Part shown: positions 39,231 to 49,529 of the stretch, in pieces
Position numbering within the stretch: position 1 is the stretch's first letter
Layout of the letters: each line of letters starts with the position of its first letter
Origin: an uncultured Trueperaceae bacterium
Lineage (GTDB): Bacteria > Deinococcota > Deinococci > Deinococcales > Trueperaceae
Assembly (NCBI GenBank): GCA_963815215.1
Contig: CAWFFU010000003.1
Coordinates: 1,120,001-1,184,000 of the forward strand
Direction: 5' to 3'
DNA: 64,000 bases
Position numbers and translations under genes: made by a program
Notes under the pieces: generated by a model
What the model was told of the DNA's origin: nothing
Databases searched by the model: none
The model's input: the letters and a program-made list of their open reading frames with translations, nothing else

Positions 39231-39336
39231 CTGCGGCTGCGATCGCTCCCCCGCACGCGGTTCCACCGCGGACAACGCCCCGGCCACGGCGCGCCCGACC
39301 CACTTGCGCGTACGCTGGATCCGTGGAGGTACGGTG

Positions 39337-40215
39337 ATGACCCGCCAACGCCCGGCCACCCCGCGAACGCTCGCCATCGTTGCCGACAGCACCTGCGATC
39401 TCACGGCCGACGAGGCCAGCGACCTCGGTGTCGACATCATGCCGCTGCACGTGGAGTTCCGAGGTAAGACCTATCTCGACGGCGTCGACATCACGACCGC
39501 CGACATCCTGGCCGGGATCGCCGCCGGGGCCGACCTGCCCAGCACCAGCCAGGTCACGCCGGACGCCTTCCTGGGCGCCTTCCAGAGGGCGGCCGACGCG
39601 GGGGCGGAGCAGGTACTCTGCATCACCCTGAGCTCCGAGCTCTCCGGGACCTACGCGTCGGCCTGCCACGCGGTCGAAGGAGCGCCGCTCCCGGTCACCG
39701 TCTTCGACACCCGTGCAACAACCGCAGGCCATGGCGACGTGGTCCGCAAGGCCGCGGAGCTTCGCAACCAGGGGGCGGAGCTGGCCACCATCCTCACCAG
39801 GATCGAGCCGATCCGGGACACGCTCAAGCCCCTGTTCGCCGTCACCAACCTCGAACACCTTCGCCGCGGCGGCCGCATCGGCCGGGCCAGCGCCCTGCTG
39901 GGCAGCCTGCTGCGGATGACGCCGATCCTCACGCACGAAGGATCCGGCGCCGTGCCGGTGACGACCGTGCGCGGCACGGCCGCCGCCATCCGCGAGATCG
40001 TGCGACACGTCCGGGCCTTCGTGAGCGAGCACGCCGGAACCCTCACGTTGACCTTCATGCACGTTCAGAACGCGGCGAGCGCCGAGCGCCTGGCGCAGGC
40101 GCTGCGCGACAGCGGGCTGACGTTCGCCGGCGGGGCCATCCGCGCGATCGGTACGTCCGTCGCCACCCACGTGGGGCCGGGAACGTTCGGTGTCTACATG
40201 CACACCGAGCCCTGA
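39337..40215 (+). CDS. DegV family fatty-acid-binding protein
   Basis: IVADSTCDL, PSTSQ, LSSELSGT, LRRGGRIG, THVGPG; GGAGGT RBS. Confidence 0.95.
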   Translation: MTRQRPATPRTLAIVADSTCDLTADEASDLGVDIMPLHVEFRGKTYLDGVDITTADILAGIAAGADLPSTSQVTPDAFLGAFQRAADAGAEQVLCITLSSELSGTYASACHAVEGAPLPVTVFDTRATTAGHGDVVRKAAELRNQGAELATILTRIEPIRDTLKPLFAVTNLEHLRRGGRIGRASALLGSLLRMTPILTHEGSGAVPVTTVRGTAAAIREIVRHVRAFVSEHAGTLTLTFMHVQNAASAERLAQALRDSGLTFAGGAIRAIGTSVATHVGPGTFGVYMHTEP

Positions 40216-40292
40216 AGGCGGAAGCTGCCCGCGGGCCCGCGTTGCGAGACGCCGCTCCGGGATTCCGGCGCGGCGGCCGACGAGGAGGAAGC

Positions 40293-40727
40293 ATGAACAT
40301 CAGCGACTTCGTCACGCTCGACCACGTTCGCGAAGCCTGCCACGATCTCGGGATCGGCGACTGGACCGAACGTGTCGACACACGCGTCGAGGCCGACGAG
40401 GCCGAGGCGATCCGCCAGGCGGTCGGCGCCGAAGCCCTGGAGGTCTCCCTCGAAGCCTTCCGACAGGGTCTCGAGGTCGAGCTGGAGCACGGCCTGCAGT
40501 TCCCCGACGCCAACGTCACCAACAACCACCCCATCCTCACCGGTCGGGTCGTGCTCGCCCACCTCAAGGAGATGCTCGACTACTACGCACGCCTCGAGGT
40601 CGCCGAGCTCGAGGGCGACCTGCTCAAGGCGTCGAGGGCGGGCGACGCCGCGCGGCTCGCACGGCTCTACCCGCGCTGGATCGAGGCCCGCGCGAAGCTC
40701 AGCGCCTCGGAGACCTCCGAGGCGTAG
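40293..40727 (+). CDS. DUF5661-like protein
   Basis: FRQGLEVELEHG, NVTNNHP, AHLKEMLDYY; GAGGAGG RBS. Confidence 0.8.
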   Translation: MNISDFVTLDHVREACHDLGIGDWTERVDTRVEADEAEAIRQAVGAEALEVSLEAFRQGLEVELEHGLQFPDANVTNNHPILTGRVVLAHLKEMLDYYARLEVAELEGDLLKASRAGDAARLARLYPRWIEARAKLSASETSEA

Positions 40728-40818
40728 GGACCGTCGACAGGCAACGGCCCCACCGGCGCCAGCCTCTCACTCCCGGGTCGCCGCCCCCAGACCTCGTCCG
40801 CCGGCATGGCGCAAGGAC

Positions 40819-42477
40819 TCAGGCTCGCTGCGCCTCCCGGTGGCGGTAGACCGGTGCGTCGCTCGGCGGGAGCGGCGTGTCTCCGCGGATCAGATCGGCC
40901 GCCTTCTCGGCGATCATCATCACCGGCGCGTAGATGTTGCCGTTGGTGATGATCGGCATGACGGAGGCGTCCACCACCCGCAGGCCCTCGAGGCCGTGGA
41001 CCTTCATGGACGAGGGGTCCACGACCGCCATCGCGTCGGTCCCCATCCTGGCGGTGCTGCAGGGGTGCAGCGCCGTCTCCGCGTCGCGGGCGACCCACGC
41101 GAGGATCTCCTCGTCGGTCTCGACCGACGGTCCCGGCGATAGCTCGCCGCCGTTGTAAGGCTCGAACGCCGGCTGCGTGAGGATGTGGCGGGCCGTGCGC
41201 ACCGCCTCCAGCCACTCGCGCCGATCGTTCGGCGTGGACAGGTAGTTGAAGCGCAGCGACGGCTTGACGCGCGGGTCGGTCGACACGATCTTCAGCTCGC
41301 CACGCACGTCGGAGAACATAGGGCCGACATGCACCTGGTAGCCGTGGCCGGACGCGGGCGAACTGCCGTCATAGCGGATGGCGAGCGGCAGGAAGTGGAA
41401 CATCAGGTTGGGCCAGGCCACCTCGTCGTTCGAGCGCACGAAGCCGCCTCCCTCGAAGTGATTGCTGGCACCCGCACCACTCCGGAAGAACAGCCACTGG
41501 AACCCCACCCACGGCCGCCGCCACCACTTCAACCAGGGTGCGACCGAGACAGGCTGCTTGGAGGCGTACTGGATGTAGACCTCGAGATGGTCCTGCAGGT
41601 TCTGCCCCACGCCAGACAAGTCGGCCACCGGCGCGATCCCCAGAGAGCGCAGGTGCTCCGCCGGACCGACCCCGGAGAGCTGCAGCAACTGCGGCGTGTT
41701 GATGGACCCGCCGCTGAGGATCACCTCGCCCGCGTCGACGCGCCGGAGCTGACCGCCGTGCTCGTACTCAACGCCGGTGGCGCGCGCGCCGTCGAAGAGG
41801 ACGCGGGTGACGAAGGCGCGGGTGCGAACGGTGAGGTTCGGCCGGCGGCGGACCGGGTCGAGGTACGCCTTCGAGGCCGACCAGCGCCTGCCGCGGTGGA
41901 TGTTCCGGTCGAACGGCGCGAAGCCTTCCTGTCGGTAGCCGTTGACGTCGTCGGTGAGGGAGTACCCCGCTTGCCGCACGGCCTCGAAGAACGCGCCGAA
42001 GAGTGGATTGGTGGCCGGGCCCCGCTCGAGGATGAGCGGACCGTCCCCCCCACGCCAGGCATCGGCGCCCGCCAGGCAGGTCTCCATCCGCTTGAAGTAC
42101 GGAAGGCAGTGAGCGTAGTCCCATGCTTCCATGCCCGGCGCCTGTGCCCAGCGGTCGTAGTCCATCGGGTTGCCGCGTTGGAAGATCATGCCGTTGATGC
42201 TCGAGGAGCCGCCGAGCACCTTGCCGCGCGCATGGTAGATCCGGCGCCCATCCATGTGGGGTTCCGGTTCGGTCTCGTAGCGCCAGTCGTAGCGCGGGTT
42301 CCCGATCGGGAACGGCAACGCCGCCGGCATGTGGATGAACACGTCCCAGGGCCAATCCGCACGCCCCGCCTCGAGGACCAGCACGCTCGCGGAAGCGTCC
42401 GTGCTCAAACGGTTCGCGATCGCCGAGCCGGCCGAGCCTCCACCCACGACCACCACGTCGTGTCGCTCGCTCTCCAT
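40819..42477 (-). CDS. betA: Choline dehydrogenase (GMC oxidoreductase)
   Basis: [47 protein letters not shown]. Confidence 0.9.
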   Translation of the reverse strand: MESERHDVVVVGGGSAGSAIANRLSTDASASVLVLEAGRADWPWDVFIHMPAALPFPIGNPRYDWRYETEPEPHMDGRRIYHARGKVLGGSSSINGMIFQRGNPMDYDRWAQAPGMEAWDYAHCLPYFKRMETCLAGADAWRGGDGPLILERGPATNPLFGAFFEAVRQAGYSLTDDVNGYRQEGFAPFDRNIHRGRRWSASKAYLDPVRRRPNLTVRTRAFVTRVLFDGARATGVEYEHGGQLRRVDAGEVILSGGSINTPQLLQLSGVGPAEHLRSLGIAPVADLSGVGQNLQDHLEVYIQYASKQPVSVAPWLKWWRRPWVGFQWLFFRSGAGASNHFEGGGFVRSNDEVAWPNLMFHFLPLAIRYDGSSPASGHGYQVHVGPMFSDVRGELKIVSTDPRVKPSLRFNYLSTPNDRREWLEAVRTARHILTQPAFEPYNGGELSPGPSVETDEEILAWVARDAETALHPCSTARMGTDAMAVVDPSSMKVHGLEGLRVVDASVMPIITNGNIYAPVMMIAEKAADLIRGDTPLPPSDAPVYRHREAQRA

Positions 42478-42693
42478 GGCTCGCTCCTTCCCGCGGTGGT
42501 CCTGGTCGGAGCCGTCCCGACCGTGCCGCCGCGTGCCCACCCGGCTCGCCCGGACCCCATCGACCCCGCCGGACGGGGCCTGACCGACCCTGGACGCTAC
42601 CGATGGTACCAGGCGTCCTCCCGGGCCCATCGTCCCGGCCGTGCCCCGCGTCGGCCGACGCATCGCAAGGAGGGCCCAACGGCGTCCCCCGCA

Positions 42694-42745
42694 TTGACGA
42701 AGGGCCGGCCCAGGTTGTATGTTGTCAGACAACCGACGTCTGATA
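42694..42745 (+). promoter_or_regulatory. Promoter with FadR-type operator
   Basis: TTGACG-18-TATGTT; perfect palindrome GTTGTC-A-GACAAC at 42721-42733 overlapping -10/+1. Confidence 0.75.
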
Positions 42746-42780
42746 AGAGTAGGCCCGCCCTGCTCGCTACCTGGAGTCCC

Positions 42781-43515
42781 ATGCTCGAGGTCATCCCCAC
42801 ATCGAGGCTGCACGGAGTCATCCAAGACCGGCTCCGACGGTTCATCCTCGACAGTCAGCTCCGGCCCGGTGACAAGCTCCCCACCGAGAAGGAGCTGTCT
42901 GGCCGGCTGGGAGCGAGCCGGAGCGCCGTCCGCGAGGCGCTGCGCTCGCTCGAGGCGCTGGGCATGATCGAGGTCAAGCACGGCAAGGGTCGCTTCCTGC
43001 GGGCGTTCGACGTGGCCTCCATCGCGAGCAACCTGGCCTACTCGTTGACCTTCGACGCGGCCAGCATCCGCGACCTGCTGGAGGTTCGGCGCACGCTCGA
43101 GACGTCCTTCATCGCTCAGGCCACGCGGAAGCTCGAGGCCTCACGCATCGATAGGCTCTACGCCATCGTGGAACAGATGGCCCTCAGCGCGGACGCCGGG
43201 CGAGCGTTCATCGAGGAAGACATGGCCTTCCACAAGGTCCTGTTCGGCGCCCTCCACAACGAGGTCCTGAAGAAGATCCTCGATGTGTTCTGGGGGCTCT
43301 TCCAGCACCTTCACGCTCGGAACGTGCTGCCCCCGGGCGAAGCCGCCGCCACGGTGGCGTACCACCGCCAGATCGTGGACGCCATGGCGGCGAAGGACGT
43401 GACGAGCGCGCGCGAAGCGCTCGACGAGCACTTCCGCGACGTGGAACGACGCCTCGAGTCCGCGATCGAGGCCACGGGTGAGGAGGTGTCCCTGCCTACC
43501 GAGTTCGTTTCCTGA
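42781..43515 (+). CDS. FadR/GntR family transcriptional regulator
   Basis: [27 protein letters not shown] domain DMAFH and HN. Confidence 0.95.
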   Translation: MLEVIPTSRLHGVIQDRLRRFILDSQLRPGDKLPTEKELSGRLGASRSAVREALRSLEALGMIEVKHGKGRFLRAFDVASIASNLAYSLTFDAASIRDLLEVRRTLETSFIAQATRKLEASRIDRLYAIVEQMALSADAGRAFIEEDMAFHKVLFGALHNEVLKKILDVFWGLFQHLHARNVLPPGEAAATVAYHRQIVDAMAAKDVTSAREALDEHFRDVERRLESAIEATGEEVSLPTEFVS

Positions 43516-43577
43516 GGATCCGGACCCACGCCCGTCGTGCGCCCGGAACAGACCCGTCGACCGGACAAGGAGACATC

Positions 43578-44840
43578 GTGACACCAGCATCACGCTTCAA
43601 ACGCGTCGTTCTGATGACCCTCGGCGCCCTGCTACTGGGCACCGTACTGCCCATCTCACAGGCGTTCGCGCAAGGGAACAAGACGGTCGTCAACTACTGG
43701 CTGTGGCTGGACGACTCCACGGACCCGGTGTGGCCGGACCTCGTCAAGGAGTTCAACCAGACCCACCCCAACATCGAGGTGAAGTACCAGACCATCCCGC
43801 TGAGCCAGTACCACGACCGGCTCCTGACGGCGATCGGTTCCGGCAGCGCGCCCGACGCCGCACGCTTCAAGGACTGGTGGCTGGGCGAGTTCGTCTCCAA
43901 CGACCTGTTGCAGCCGCTCACCTCCTACATCCAGCAGTGGCCGGGCTCCAGTGACGTCATCCAGAACCTGTGGTCGACCGGCAAGACCTCGGCGGACAGC
44001 CCTGTCTACATGCTGCCTGCCCAGTACATCACCTTCTACCTGTACTACCGGGCGGACCGCCTGAAGGCGGCCGGGCTCGAGCCTCCCAAGACCTTCGCCG
44101 AGTTCGTGCAGGAAGCCAAGACGCTCACCGATCCGGCGAAGAAGCAGTACGGCTTCGCCCTCCGCGGCGGTGCCGGCGGCCAGGACCAGTGGTACGCCTT
44201 CATGCTGGCCCTCGGGTGCCACCTCGTGGACGGCAGTGGCGCCGTGGTGGCCGACAGCCAGGCCTGCGTCGACGCCAACCAGAAGTACATCGACCTGTTC
44301 CGGGTCGACAAGGTCACGCCACCGACCGCCCCCTCGGACGGCTTCGCCCAGATCATCGGCGGCTTCGAGTCGGGCATCACGACCTTCGCCGCGCACCACG
44401 TCGGTAGCTCGAAATCCCTGACGGAGAAGCTCGGCAGCGACCTGGGCGTCACCAACGTCCCGCCGGCCGATCCCAACAAGCCGGCGACGATGATGGCGAT
44501 GAGCGGGAACGTCGTGTTCGGGAGCTCCAAGGAGAAGCAGGCCGCCTTCACGTTCATCTCGTGGCTCGACACCCAGGGCCCGATGGACAAGATGAGCCGC
44601 TCGGCGAACGGGCAGCTCCCGGTCCTGACGTCCGTCGCCTCCGAGCCCTACTACCAGAACAACCCGTTCTTCAAGCTCTCGCTCGATCAGGCCAACTACG
44701 CGGTCGCCTGGCCGCCCCTCCCGGGCGTCGGGTACGTAGCGTCGCAGCTCTGGCAGGCGAGCATGCAGCAGGCCTTGCTCGGACAGATCACCAGCCAGCA
44801 GATGATGACGCAGATCGCCACCGCCCTGAAGCAGAAGTAG
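43578..44840 (+). CDS. Carbohydrate ABC transporter substrate-binding protein
   Basis: Signal peptide ending AFA; EFNQTHPNIEV, APD, LYYRAD, PPKT. Confidence 0.92.
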   Translation: MTPASRFKRVVLMTLGALLLGTVLPISQAFAQGNKTVVNYWLWLDDSTDPVWPDLVKEFNQTHPNIEVKYQTIPLSQYHDRLLTAIGSGSAPDAARFKDWWLGEFVSNDLLQPLTSYIQQWPGSSDVIQNLWSTGKTSADSPVYMLPAQYITFYLYYRADRLKAAGLEPPKTFAEFVQEAKTLTDPAKKQYGFALRGGAGGQDQWYAFMLALGCHLVDGSGAVVADSQACVDANQKYIDLFRVDKVTPPTAPSDGFAQIIGGFESGITTFAAHHVGSSKSLTEKLGSDLGVTNVPPADPNKPATMMAMSGNVVFGSSKEKQAAFTFISWLDTQGPMDKMSRSANGQLPVLTSVASEPYYQNNPFFKLSLDQANYAVAWPPLPGVGYVASQLWQASMQQALLGQITSQQMMTQIATALKQK

Positions 44841-44850
44841 AGGTCGCTCC

Positions 44851-45768
44851 ATGGTCCGCACCAGCGCACCACGCAACAGGTGGTTGAACCCGCGGCTCCG
44901 CCGACGCCTTGTCCCGGCACTGCTGCTGGCGCCGGCGGCACTGCTCCTGGTGTTCGTGATCGGCTACCCGCTGGTGCGGGCCATCCTCTTGACCTTCCAG
45001 AACTTCAACATGCTGCAGCCCTCCCGAACCACCTGGGTCGGGCTGCAGAACTTCGTCCAGGTCTTCCACAATCCGGTCTTCTGGATCGCCATGCGCAACA
45101 CCCTGGTGTGGGTGGCGAGCGCGGTGTCGCTGCAGCTCGTCTTCGGCTTCATCGGGGCACTCCTGCTCAACCAGTCGTTCTTCGGCCGCGACGTCGTCAG
45201 GGGCGTGCTCCTCATCCCATGGGCGACCCCCAGCGTGCTGGTTGCGTTGATGTGGATGTGGATGCTCGACGGGAACTACGGCATCGTCAACGAGATCCTC
45301 GTGCGCGTCGGGATCCTGAAGACCTTCTTCCCCTTCCTTTCCTCGCCCCACACGGCGCTACCCACCCTCATCATGATCGACGTGTGGCAGGGGATCCCGT
45401 TCTTCGCAGTCATGCTCCTCGCCGCCCTGCAGGCCATCCCGTTGGAGCTCGAGCAGGCGGCGCGGGTCGACGGAGCCAACCCGGCGCAAGTGTTGTGGCA
45501 CGTGAAGGTCCCCCTGCTCCTCCCGACCATCCTGATCACGACCATCCTGCGGCTCATCTGGACCGCCAACTACATGGACCTGATGTTCGTCATGACGAAC
45601 GGCGGGCCGGGCTACGCCACCACCACCATGCCGTTCTTCGCCTATACGGAGGCCTACCGGCGCATCCACTTCAGTACCGGCGCCACCGCGGCGTTCGTCC
45701 AGGCGCTCCTGCTGGGCCTGGTCATCATCGTGTACATCCGTATCCTTCGCCGACAGCAGGTGGTGTGA
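44851..45768 (+). CDS. Carbohydrate ABC transporter permease
   Basis: WVGLQNF, EQAARVDGA, MTNGGPG. Confidence 0.95.
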   Translation: MVRTSAPRNRWLNPRLRRRLVPALLLAPAALLLVFVIGYPLVRAILLTFQNFNMLQPSRTTWVGLQNFVQVFHNPVFWIAMRNTLVWVASAVSLQLVFGFIGALLLNQSFFGRDVVRGVLLIPWATPSVLVALMWMWMLDGNYGIVNEILVRVGILKTFFPFLSSPHTALPTLIMIDVWQGIPFFAVMLLAALQAIPLELEQAARVDGANPAQVLWHVKVPLLLPTILITTILRLIWTANYMDLMFVMTNGGPGYATTTMPFFAYTEAYRRIHFSTGATAAFVQALLLGLVIIVYIRILRRQQVV

Positions 45769-45769
45769 C

Positions 45770-46654
45770 ATGACAGGCACCTCGCACCGATCGACCGGCC
45801 TCGGCCGGACCCGTCCCCGGCCGCGCTTCCGCTGGCGCTGGGGTCGAGCGGGTCTGGGCATCGCCATCCTCGGGTGGTTGACGTTCGCCCTCGGGCCCTA
45901 CGTCTGGATGTTCCTGACATCGCTCAAGCCCAAGAGCGAGCTGTACACATCGCCCGTCCAGGTGCTGCCCCACTCCGTTACCTTCCTCGGCTACAAGCTG
46001 CTGGTCACCACGACGCCGTTCCTGCGCTACTTCCTGAACAGCGCCATCGTCTCGGCGGGCACCGTGGCGCTGGCCACGGTCGCGGCGGTGCTGGCGGCGT
46101 ATGCGCTCTCACGCTTCCGGATCCCCGGGAAGACCTACATCCTGATCGGCCTGCTGGTCACGCAGCTCATCCCCTCGGTCCTGATGGTGATGCCACTCTT
46201 CCTCACGCTGAGGACGATCGGCCTGCTGAACACCTGGTGGGGCCTCATCCTCGTGGACACCGCCTTCGCCCTGCCGTTCACGACCTATCTTCTGACGGGC
46301 TTCATGGACGCCGTACCCAAAGAGCTCGACGAGGCCGCCATGATCGACGGCTGCAACGAGATCACGGCCTTCCGCTGGGTGCTGGCGCCGCTGCTGGTAC
46401 CCGGTATCGCGGCGTCATCGACGTACGTGTTCATCTACTCCTGGAACGAGTTCATCTACGCCTTGACGTTCACCTCGACCACGGTGTCGCGCACGCTGCC
46501 CGTGGGCCTGCGAACGTTCATCGGCGAGTATCTGATCCGCTGGGACCTGCTGACCGCCGGCGGCGTCATCTCGGTGATCCCGACCATCCTGTTCTTCATG
46601 CTCGTGCAACGTAATCTCATCGCCGGCCTGACCGCCGGTGCCGTCAAAGGCTAG
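45770..46654 (+). CDS. Carbohydrate ABC transporter permease
   Basis: ELDEAAMIDG, WNEFIYA, GLTAGAVKG. Confidence 0.95.
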   Translation: MTGTSHRSTGLGRTRPRPRFRWRWGRAGLGIAILGWLTFALGPYVWMFLTSLKPKSELYTSPVQVLPHSVTFLGYKLLVTTTPFLRYFLNSAIVSAGTVALATVAAVLAAYALSRFRIPGKTYILIGLLVTQLIPSVLMVMPLFLTLRTIGLLNTWWGLILVDTAFALPFTTYLLTGFMDAVPKELDEAAMIDGCNEITAFRWVLAPLLVPGIAASSTYVFIYSWNEFIYALTFTSTTVSRTLPVGLRTFIGEYLIRWDLLTAGGVISVIPTILFFMLVQRNLIAGLTAGAVKG

Positions 46655-46697
46655 TCACCCATCCCTGGCAGCAATCCCGGAACCGAGGAGCTGGCAC

Positions 46698-47585
46698 ATG
46701 CAGACCGTCGCCGAACAACCCCACGACCTCGTCGCGCTGGAGGGCCTCGCCCGACAGATCCGGCGCGACAGCATCCGCATGATCGCCGGCACGGGCTCGG
46801 GCCATCCCGGCGGCGCGCTCGGTGCGGCCGAGCTGATCGCGGCGCTCTACGGCGCGGTCCTGCGGCACGACCCGCGGCGGCCCGACGACCCCGACCGGGA
46901 CCGCTTCGTGCTGAGCAACGGACACATCTGCGCAGCGTTCTACTCGGCGCTGTGCCGTACCGGCTACCTGGAACCCGCTGAGCTCGCCACCTTCCGGAAG
47001 CTCGACAGCCGCCTGCAGGGGCATCCCGCCCGGGTGGATCTCCCGGACCTCGTCGAGACCTCCTCGGGCCCGCTGGGCCAGGGGCTGTCGGTGGCCAACG
47101 GCCTGGCGCTGGCGGCGCGTCTCGACGGCAGGGACTCCCGCGTGTACTGTCTCGTCGGCGACGGCGAACTCCAGGAGGGCCAGATCTGGGAGGCCCTGAT
47201 GGCGGCCGCCCATCACCGGCTCGGCAACCTCACCCTGCTGATCAGCGACAACGGTCTGCAGATCGACGGCGAGGTGGAGCACGTCAAGCACATCTCACCG
47301 CTCCCCGACAAGCTCCGCGCCTTCGGCTGGCATGTCGACGAGATCGACGGGCACGACCTGCAGGCGATCCTCGAGGTCCTCGCGGGCGCGCCTCGCGCTG
47401 TGGCGGCCGACCGGCCGCACGCGGTCATCGCACGCACCGTCATGGGCAAGGGCGTGCCCTTCATGGAGAATCTCGCCAAGTGGCACGGAACCGTGCCGTC
47501 GCTCGACGAAGCCCGTCGGGCCCTGGAGGCCATCGGCCCGTCCGACGGCTACCTGGACTTCCCCCTTCAGGAGGTCGAGCTGTGA
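46698..47585 (+). CDS. Transketolase, N-terminal subunit
   Basis: SGHPGG, RDRFVLSNGH, LQGHP, GPLGQG, ThDP motif GDGELQEG. Confidence 0.95.
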   Translation: MQTVAEQPHDLVALEGLARQIRRDSIRMIAGTGSGHPGGALGAAELIAALYGAVLRHDPRRPDDPDRDRFVLSNGHICAAFYSALCRTGYLEPAELATFRKLDSRLQGHPARVDLPDLVETSSGPLGQGLSVANGLALAARLDGRDSRVYCLVGDGELQEGQIWEALMAAAHHRLGNLTLLISDNGLQIDGEVEHVKHISPLPDKLRAFGWHVDEIDGHDLQAILEVLAGAPRAVAADRPHAVIARTVMGKGVPFMENLAKWHGTVPSLDEARRALEAIGPSDGYLDFPLQEVEL

Positions 47586-48547
47586 ACCTCAACGACCCCA
47601 TGCCCATCCGGGAGGCCTTCGGCAAGGCGCTCGTCGAGCTCGGCGCCACCGAGCCCGACCTCGTCGTGCTCACGGCCGATCTGGCCGAGGCGATCAAGGT
47701 GCACTGGTTCGCGGAGGCCTACCCCGAGCGCTTCTTCCAGATGGGCATCTCCGAGAGCGACATGATCGGCACCGCGGCGGGCCTGGCGCTCGCCGGGAAG
47801 ATCCCGTTCGCGACGACCTTCGCCGTGTTCGCCACCTCGCTGGCGAACCAGGCGGTGCGGCTGTCCGTCGCCTACAACCGCACCAACGTCAAGATCGCCG
47901 CCAGCCACGGTGGGCTCCAGGTCGGCGAGGACGGGGCGACCCACCAGGCCATCGAGGACCTCGCGCTCATGCGCGTGCTCCCGGGCATGACCGTGATCGC
48001 GCCCTGCGACGCGCGCGAGGCCGTGAAGGCGACCGTGGCGGCCGCACGCCATGACGGCCCGGTATACCTGCGGCTGGGACGCATCCCCACCCCCATCGTC
48101 ACCGCCGAGGACACCCCCTTCGAGATCGGCAAGGCCGTCACGCTCCGCGAGGGGGGCGACGTCGCACTCCTCAGCATCGGGACCATGATCGGTCCGGCGC
48201 TGGAAGCGGCCCAAACGCTCTCCTCGGCAGGCATCGAGGCCGCCGTCGTCAACGTCCACACGCTCAAACCGCTGGACGAACAGGCCGTGCTCGAGCACGC
48301 ACGCGCCTGCGGAGCCCTGGTCACCATCGAGGAGCACACGATCCTCGGCGGCCTCGGCGGCGCGGTAGCCGAGACCCTGGCCGGAGCGAGGCCGACGCCG
48401 CTCGAGAGGGTCGGGATCCGCGACACGTTCGGCGAGTCCGGACCACCGGCGGCGCTGTTCGAGAAGTACGGACTCACCGCCAAGGACATCGTGGCGGCCG
48501 CGTTACGGGCCGTAGGGCGGAAACGGGACCTGGCGGTGAGCCTATGA
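47582..48547 (+). CDS. Transketolase, C-terminal subunit
   Basis: MGISESDMIG, GEDGATHQ, GPVYLRLGR, EEHTILGGLG; GTGA overlap. Confidence 0.95.
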   Translation: MNLNDPMPIREAFGKALVELGATEPDLVVLTADLAEAIKVHWFAEAYPERFFQMGISESDMIGTAAGLALAGKIPFATTFAVFATSLANQAVRLSVAYNRTNVKIAASHGGLQVGEDGATHQAIEDLALMRVLPGMTVIAPCDAREAVKATVAAARHDGPVYLRLGRIPTPIVTAEDTPFEIGKAVTLREGGDVALLSIGTMIGPALEAAQTLSSAGIEAAVVNVHTLKPLDEQAVLEHARACGALVTIEEHTILGGLGGAVAETLAGARPTPLERVGIRDTFGESGPPAALFEKYGLTAKDIVAAALRAVGRKRDLAVSL

Positions 48548-49347
48548 CGGGCGGCCCAGCCGGCCGACGGCCCTGGCATGTGCGCGAACCGCGCGAGGAG
48601 GGCCGCCGGACCTTGATCGAGCGTGGCGAGGGTGGCGCCCGCGAGCTGGAGCTCCAGCGCCTGCGGCTCGGCGAAGGGAAGCGCCAGGAGCTTCACTTCC
48701 CGGGATGCGAGGCTGTCGTGGTGCTGCTGGACGGCACGGTGGAGTTCGCCGCCGACAAGACCGTTCACGGCGCGAGCCGCTCCGACCCGTTCTCGGGTCC
48801 TGCCAGCGCTCTCTACCTGCCCCCCGATGCGACGGCGACGGTCCGAGCGATCTCGAACGATTGCGAGCTCCTGGCGGTCACCACACCGTGCCACACGCCG
48901 GGCTCGATCCGCTTCGTGGCCCCCGACGAGGTCGAAGTCGTGGACCGCGGCGTCGACGGCTACCGGCGCGAGGTCCACAACATCCTCGTCGACGACGACG
49001 TGGCACAGCGGCTGTTGGTCGGTGAGACTTTCAACCCGCCCGGGGGCTGGTCGAGCTTCCCTCCGCACAAGCACGACGGCGAGAACGGCGAGCCCTACCT
49101 CGAGGAGGTCTACTACTACCGGACCGATCCCCGGCGCGGCTTCGGCTTCCAGGGCCTGTACGCCAACGACGGCACGCTCGACGAGGCGACACGCGTGCTG
49201 GACGGGGACGCGGCCCTTCTTCAGCGCGGTTACCATCCCGTGGCCGCGGCCCCCGGCTACCGCCTGTACTACTTCTGGGCGCTCGCCGGAGAACAGCGCA
49301 AGCTGGTGGTGTTCGAGGACGAGGCGCACGCCTGGATCGGCCGCTAG
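48544..49347 (+). CDS. iolB: 5-deoxy-glucuronate isomerase (IolB/KduI family)
   Basis: GGWSSFPPHKHD, LEEVYYY, GFGFQ, RGYHPVAAAPGYRLYY. Confidence 0.9.
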   Translation: MTGGPAGRRPWHVREPREEGRRTLIERGEGGARELELQRLRLGEGKRQELHFPGCEAVVVLLDGTVEFAADKTVHGASRSDPFSGPASALYLPPDATATVRAISNDCELLAVTTPCHTPGSIRFVAPDEVEVVDRGVDGYRREVHNILVDDDVAQRLLVGETFNPPGGWSSFPPHKHDGENGEPYLEEVYYYRTDPRRGFGFQGLYANDGTLDEATRVLDGDAALLQRGYHPVAAAPGYRLYYFWALAGEQRKLVVFEDEAHAWIGR

Positions 49348-49529
49348 GCGCTCCGACCGGCCCCCGACGGCGCCGATCCCGGCGCCTCGGGCCGCACGCA
49401 CAACCGTTCAAGACAAGCAGGGCGCTCTCCGCCTAGGATCCCCCTCGATGCGCGTAGCCCTCGAGGGGGACGCCCGGGCTCCCGCCCGTATGCACGGCGG
49501 CCTCCCTCGGAGCGGAAGGTGAGGCCGTC

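Noticed and set aside
39256..39267. T-box word GGTGGAACCGCG on the minus strand
   Set aside because: Antiterminator pairing is poor, stem I would overlap degV, and the downstream operon is not clearly amino-acid related.
48544..49347. myo-inositol catabolic operon
   Set aside because: iolG, iolE, iolD, iolC and iolJ are absent from the cluster.
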